In this document: positions 60,838 through 64,000 of the stretch, piece after piece
How positions within the stretch are numbered: position 1 is the stretch's first letter
Layout of the letters: each line of letters starts with the position of its first letter
Source of the DNA: a virus
Lineage: Duplodnaviria > Caudoviricetes
Reading direction: 5' to 3' (one strand)
Length of the DNA: 64,000 bases
Virus record (IMG/VR): IMGVR_UViG_3300033416_000003
Span: 3,668-67,667 of that record
Position numbers and translations under genes: made by a program
Notes under the pieces: model-generated
Databases searched by the model: none
What the model was told of the DNA's origin: nothing
Seen by the model: the letters and a program-made list of their open reading frames with translations, nothing else

Positions 60838-61247
60838 GAGGATGGGACACTGGCTAGAGGACGATTTTGAAAAATGTGGGGAACTTGGAGAGGGGGATTC
60901 CGTCTCTGAAGAGCGAATCGAAGGGGGCAACGGTGGGCCTAAGGGGCTGGGTCCTGTACGTTTCTCCCCTGCCTTGACGCATCTTGTCAGGCCCCATGCC
61001 GCAGCGCAGCGTCCGATAACTCTCATTCTGTCAACCTAGACATGGCGTCACTAGCTAGCTGGTCTCAGGATGGCGTGATTATTTCTCATGATGACGTTGA
61101 GACTGGGCACATGAGACACTGCGGAAGGGGGAAGGGGCGGGGTTGGGGGACATATAACGTACGCTATACAACCAATGTCAACCAACCGGTTAGTTAGGTG
61201 GAGACTGGACGGAGGAATGAATTTTCCCAGTGGTGCAATTTGCATCA

Positions 61248-61294
61248 AAGTGTCTCATTAGTAGTGAGACACTTTTGAGACAGTGTGAGACACT
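61248..61294. repeat. TGAGACA(C/G)T 9-mer cluster and inverted repeat
   Basis: aagtgtctca-ttagtag-tgagacactt palindrome; direct copies start at 61265, 61276 and 61286; another at 61112. Confidence 0.75.
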
Positions 61295-61464
61295 ACCCTC
61301 TCTCTTACACTGTTACCACATACTAACTGCACAAACTTCCTCTTACTCTGGTCGCACAACCCCTGCGCTTAGCTCTTTTCAGCTTTCGTATCTCTGTGAT
61401 CTTACCCTCTCTATTACACTGTTACTACACCCTAACTGTACAGACTTCCTCTTACTCTGGCCGC
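61294..61464. repeat. imperfect ~62-bp direct repeat, two copies
   Basis: taccctctct(c/a)ttacactgtta...acttcctcttactctgg(t/c)cgc at 61294-61355 and 61403-61464. Confidence 0.8.
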
Positions 61465-61692
61465 TCGGCCCCGGCGACCCAGCGCCTCACAGCTAGAGTA
61501 CTCCCGCCCGACCCAACACCCACCCCCACCACAGCCCAGGTACACCCGCTCCGCCCATAAACCCCTATAGGGGAACTTTTTCACTCTCACGCCCCATTAC
61601 CCTCACTTTTCTTACCGCGCGCGAGACAAACACGGCATCACGCAAGATACTGCACTTGTGACAGTACTATTACAATCCGTGCCATTCTGGCA

Positions 61693-61721
61693 TTGACAAA
61701 CCGTGACCCAGAGCCGATTAT
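61693..61721 (+). promoter_or_regulatory. sigma70-like rightward early promoter
   Basis: TTGACA, 17 bp spacer, GATTAT; upstream of the first plus-strand gene. Confidence 0.55.
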
Positions 61722-61775
61722 GGAAGCATGTGGAGTGGCCGACTGATAACCCATATCCCTGATCGGAGGACGCTC

Positions 61776-62018
61776 ATGAGCGACTTTGAGTACACCCTGC
61801 TCGACGACGGGACCCTTGACACTGTGATTGAGGTGACGTGCACCCGCTGCGGAGACAGCTGGGAGGAGCGCTACAACCTCGACCCGGAGGATATTCCCGA
61901 GGGTGAGGAATGGGATCGCGTGGGAGAGGTGATGGCCCTGTGCGAGTACGACACGGAGTCTATGGGCTGCCCCCACTGTGATGGTGACGAGGACGAGGAC
62001 GCAAACACGGCTGAGTAA
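61776..62018 (+). CDS. acidic zinc-binding early protein
   Basis: ggagga RBS; CTRC...CPHC; D/E-rich. Confidence 0.7.
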   Translation: MSDFEYTLLDDGTLDTVIEVTCTRCGDSWEERYNLDPEDIPEGEEWDRVGEVMALCEYDTESMGCPHCDGDEDEDANTAE

Positions 62019-62040
62019 TGGATCAGGGGCGAGATTGAAT

Positions 62041-62112
62041 AGTCTTGAGGGGCGCCCGCCCCTCCCGCAGCTCCCTGAGGGGCGTTGCGGGGTCCGCGAG
62101 GAGGAGGACACG
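62041..62112 (+). promoter_or_regulatory. structured leader motif, copy 1
   Basis: gaggggc-gccc-gcccctc hairpin, then a second hairpin, then the RBS. Confidence 0.55.
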
Positions 62113-62364
62113 ATGCAACAAGCGATTCGCACGTACCGTCTACCAGCGACAAACACCAAGGGTCAGAGAGTAAAGGCGGTCTGTTACGGCGGTTCGGTGG
62201 TGGTACCGTGGGACTATAGGCTTGATGTTGAGCCAAACCATTGCAGAGCCGCGTGGAAACTGGCGCGCAAGCTGGGGGAAGAGGTTTCACCGTACGAGCT
62301 ACTCGGGGGTTCCCTTCCCGACGGATCGTACTGTTGGATTAGGGATACATGGGAGGCACCATGA
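62113..62364 (+). CDS. conserved small phage early protein
   Basis: AIRTYRLPATNTKGQRVKA...WDYRL...NHCRAA, a recurrent phage family. Confidence 0.75.
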   Translation: MQQAIRTYRLPATNTKGQRVKAVCYGGSVVVPWDYRLDVEPNHCRAAWKLARKLGEEVSPYELLGGSLPDGSYCWIRDTWEAP

Positions 62365-62576
62365 TCATCAAGTCCATCCTAGACAGCGTTTGGGGTCACA
62401 CATTCAACGTTCTCTCAGCTGCGGGACATCTCGACCCGGGCAGGGCGGCGACAGCCGCGGAGCAAGCGGTGCGGGCCGTGCTCGAGGAGGATTGGGCAGA
62501 GCCGCTCGAAACCGTGCTTGTGATGGAGCCGACCCGATCTGAGTTCGACGACTACTTGGCGGAATGGATCGCGTAG
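62361..62576 (+). CDS. hypothetical protein
   Basis: ATGA overlap. Confidence 0.6.
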   Translation: MIIKSILDSVWGHTFNVLSAAGHLDPGRAATAAEQAVRAVLEEDWAEPLETVLVMEPTRSEFDDYLAEWIA

Positions 62577-62588
62577 GGAGGTTGAGTC

Positions 62589-62825
62589 ATGGCACAGTAC
62601 AGAGGAACGGTGAATGGTCAGCGTGGAATGGCGTCGAGACTGGGGAGCAAGCGCTCCGGATTGGAGGTTCGAGCAGACGGTTGGCACGTGGGGTGCCGGG
62701 TGAGTATCACATGGGATGAGGCTTCCGAGGAGGACATCGTGCGGGTATATCGCACACAGGGGTCGGCACACGAGGGTGAGAGACTGATATCTGAGTACAG
62801 ACATGCGGATATCAACGGGGAATGA
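62589..62825 (+). CDS. conserved small phage early protein
   Basis: MAQYRGTVNGQRGMASRLGSKRSG...GW.VG, a recurrent phage family. Confidence 0.75.
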   Translation: MAQYRGTVNGQRGMASRLGSKRSGLEVRADGWHVGCRVSITWDEASEEDIVRVYRTQGSAHEGERLISEYRHADINGE

Positions 62826-62884
62826 GGCATTGTATCCGCATCGGGCGGTTCCCGGTGGCATGAACCCGATATGAGGAGGACATT

Positions 62885-63079
62885 ATGGACATCGAAGAGT
62901 ATCGTGATTCGATCGAGGCACAGGTCCGGGCAGAGTTCGAGCCTAAGATCGTAGCGGCAGTGGCGAAGCGCATGGAGAAGGTCCAGCATGGAATCGACAG
63001 CTTGCTGGCGGGTCGATCTGCGCGCAAGGAGCGCAGCGACAAGGGTCAGAAGCGCGGACCACGCAAGTCGAAGGAGTGA
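62885..63079 (+). CDS. hypothetical protein with basic tail
   Basis: gaggagg RBS; RKERSDKGQKRGPRK. Confidence 0.7.
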   Translation: MDIEEYRDSIEAQVRAEFEPKIVAAVAKRMEKVQHGIDSLLAGRSARKERSDKGQKRGPRKSKE

Positions 63080-63082
63080 GTC

Positions 63083-63271
63083 ATGACGCGGGAATCGGTT
63101 GAAGCGATCTGCCGTGCGGTCGTGAATGAGAGGGACTTCCTGATGGAGGAGAATCGCATCGAAAAAGCCAAAAACGTGGAATGCGCAACGAAGGAGTTGC
63201 TCGAGATCCTGCCGGAAAAAGAAGTGGAGCGCTTTCGAGGGGTGCTGAAGTGGTACGGCATGAGTTTGTAG
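63083..63271 (+). CDS. hypothetical protein
   Basis: aaggag RBS. Confidence 0.65.
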   Translation: MTRESVEAICRAVVNERDFLMEENRIEKAKNVECATKELLEILPEKEVERFRGVLKWYGMSL

Positions 63272-63273
63272 TG

Positions 63274-63353
63274 AGTCTGAGGGGCGCCTGCCCCTCCCGG
63301 TGTTCCCCTGGAATGGGGCGCAGCGGGAGCGGCGGGGAGCCGCGAGGGAGGAT
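63274..63353 (+). promoter_or_regulatory. structured leader motif, copy 2
   Basis: agtctgaggggcgcctgcccctcccg...ccgcgagggagg, matching copy 1. Confidence 0.55.
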
Positions 63354-63611
63354 ATGATGAGTCGTATAACTCTGGCAGAGCTTGAGGAGATGGTAGCAGC
63401 CGATCCACAGCACCGGAGAGCCGGACAGCTCGCGACCTACCGGGCCGTGCTTGCGGAGCATCCCGAGGCCGTACTCCTGGAGTGTTCAGACGAGAAGACA
63501 GGGTGTCGCTTCGGGAATGCCACCAAGCGGTACGGCATGTGCCGCAAGGTTGGGTCGCGCACGTTTCACTACCAGCTCTGGGCGAGCTGGGCGCCTGTGG
63601 ACGTGTCGTGA
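63354..63611 (+). CDS. hypothetical protein
   Basis: gggagg RBS. Confidence 0.65.
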   Translation: MMSRITLAELEEMVAADPQHRRAGQLATYRAVLAEHPEAVLLECSDEKTGCRFGNATKRYGMCRKVGSRTFHYQLWASWAPVDVS

Positions 63612-63647
63612 CACAAGATGGCATGAAACCGATCTAAGGAGGAAAGT

Positions 63648-64000
63648 ATGGACAGCAAGGATCTAGCAGAAGTACTCAGGTTACACCGATTGTGGTTAGA
63701 AGACGCCTCAACTGGAGAACGCGCGGACCTCAGTGGCGCGTACCTCAGGGGTGCGGACCTCAGGGAAGAGGACCTCAGGGGAGCGAACCTTGTGGACGCG
63801 GACCTCAGGGACGCGTACCTCAGGGACGCGTACCTCAGGGACGCGTATCTCAGGGACGCGAACCTCAGGGGCGCGGACCTCAGGGGCGCGAACCTCAGGG
63901 GCGCGGACCTCAGGGGCGCGGATCTCGTGGGAGCGGATCTCGTGAGGGCGGACCTCAGGGGCGCGGACCTCAGGGGCGCGGATCTCGTGGGAGCGGATCT
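63648..64000 (+). CDS. pentapeptide-repeat protein, truncated by window end (missing from ORF track)
   Basis: aaggagga RBS; MDSKDLAEVLRLHRLWLEDASTGERADLSGAYLRGADLR..., with A(D/N/Y)LxX repeats as 15-bp tandem DNA repeats. Confidence 0.9.
   Translation, partial: MDSKDLAEVLRLHRLWLEDASTGERADLSGAYLRGADLREEDLRGANLVDADLRDAYLRDAYLRDAYLRDANLRGADLRGANLRGADLRGADLVGADLVRADLRGADLRGADLVGAD

Noticed and set aside
63733-63945. 70-aa RTSG(T/A) repeat ORF
   Set aside because: Alternative frame of the pentapeptide-repeat gene, whose real frame lacks a stop in the window.
1-64000. Genome-wide stop-codon reassignment (prompted by the in-frame TGA at 26271)
   Set aside because: Many genes end in TGA, TAG or TAA with ATGA, GTGA or TAATG coupling, and long genes are uninterrupted in code 11.

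Overview
The window holds most of the genome of a dsDNA tailed phage (Caudoviricetes). It looks podovirus-like: there is a P22/T7-type adaptor, a nozzle and ejection proteins, but no tape measure or major tail tube gene. Positions 1-60.8 kb are read on the minus strand. In transcription order they carry small early genes (60.6-55.2 kb, including an R2K-type ATP-grasp gene and a tRNA-like RNA), then terminase, portal, scaffold, major capsid and tail genes. These are followed by a 2580-aa polyvalent internal virion protein, a lysis module (M15 peptidase, holin-like, spanin-like), a long accessory region (metallophosphoesterase, radical SAM, SpoU methylase, HTH, many small ORFs) and a replication module (SNF2 helicase, SSB-like protein, RepB-type primase, truncated UvrD-like helicase). 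A repeat-rich non-coding region (60.7-61.7 kb) separates this from a divergent plus-strand early operon that ends in a truncated pentapeptide-repeat gene. No integrase, DNA polymerase, reverse transcriptase or CRISPR array was seen. Spanin-like genes suggest a diderm host. The best leads are: (i) a promoter-repeat cassette coupling a small RNA, an ATP-grasp enzyme and an atypical tRNA-like RNA; (ii) two gene arrays joined by junction repeats; (iii) a possible in-frame UGA readthrough fusing a secreted-looking fibre to an SGNH esterase; and (iv) repeated structured leaders and a 20-mer shared by two non-coding regions. All family assignments come from motif recognition by eye; no searches were run.
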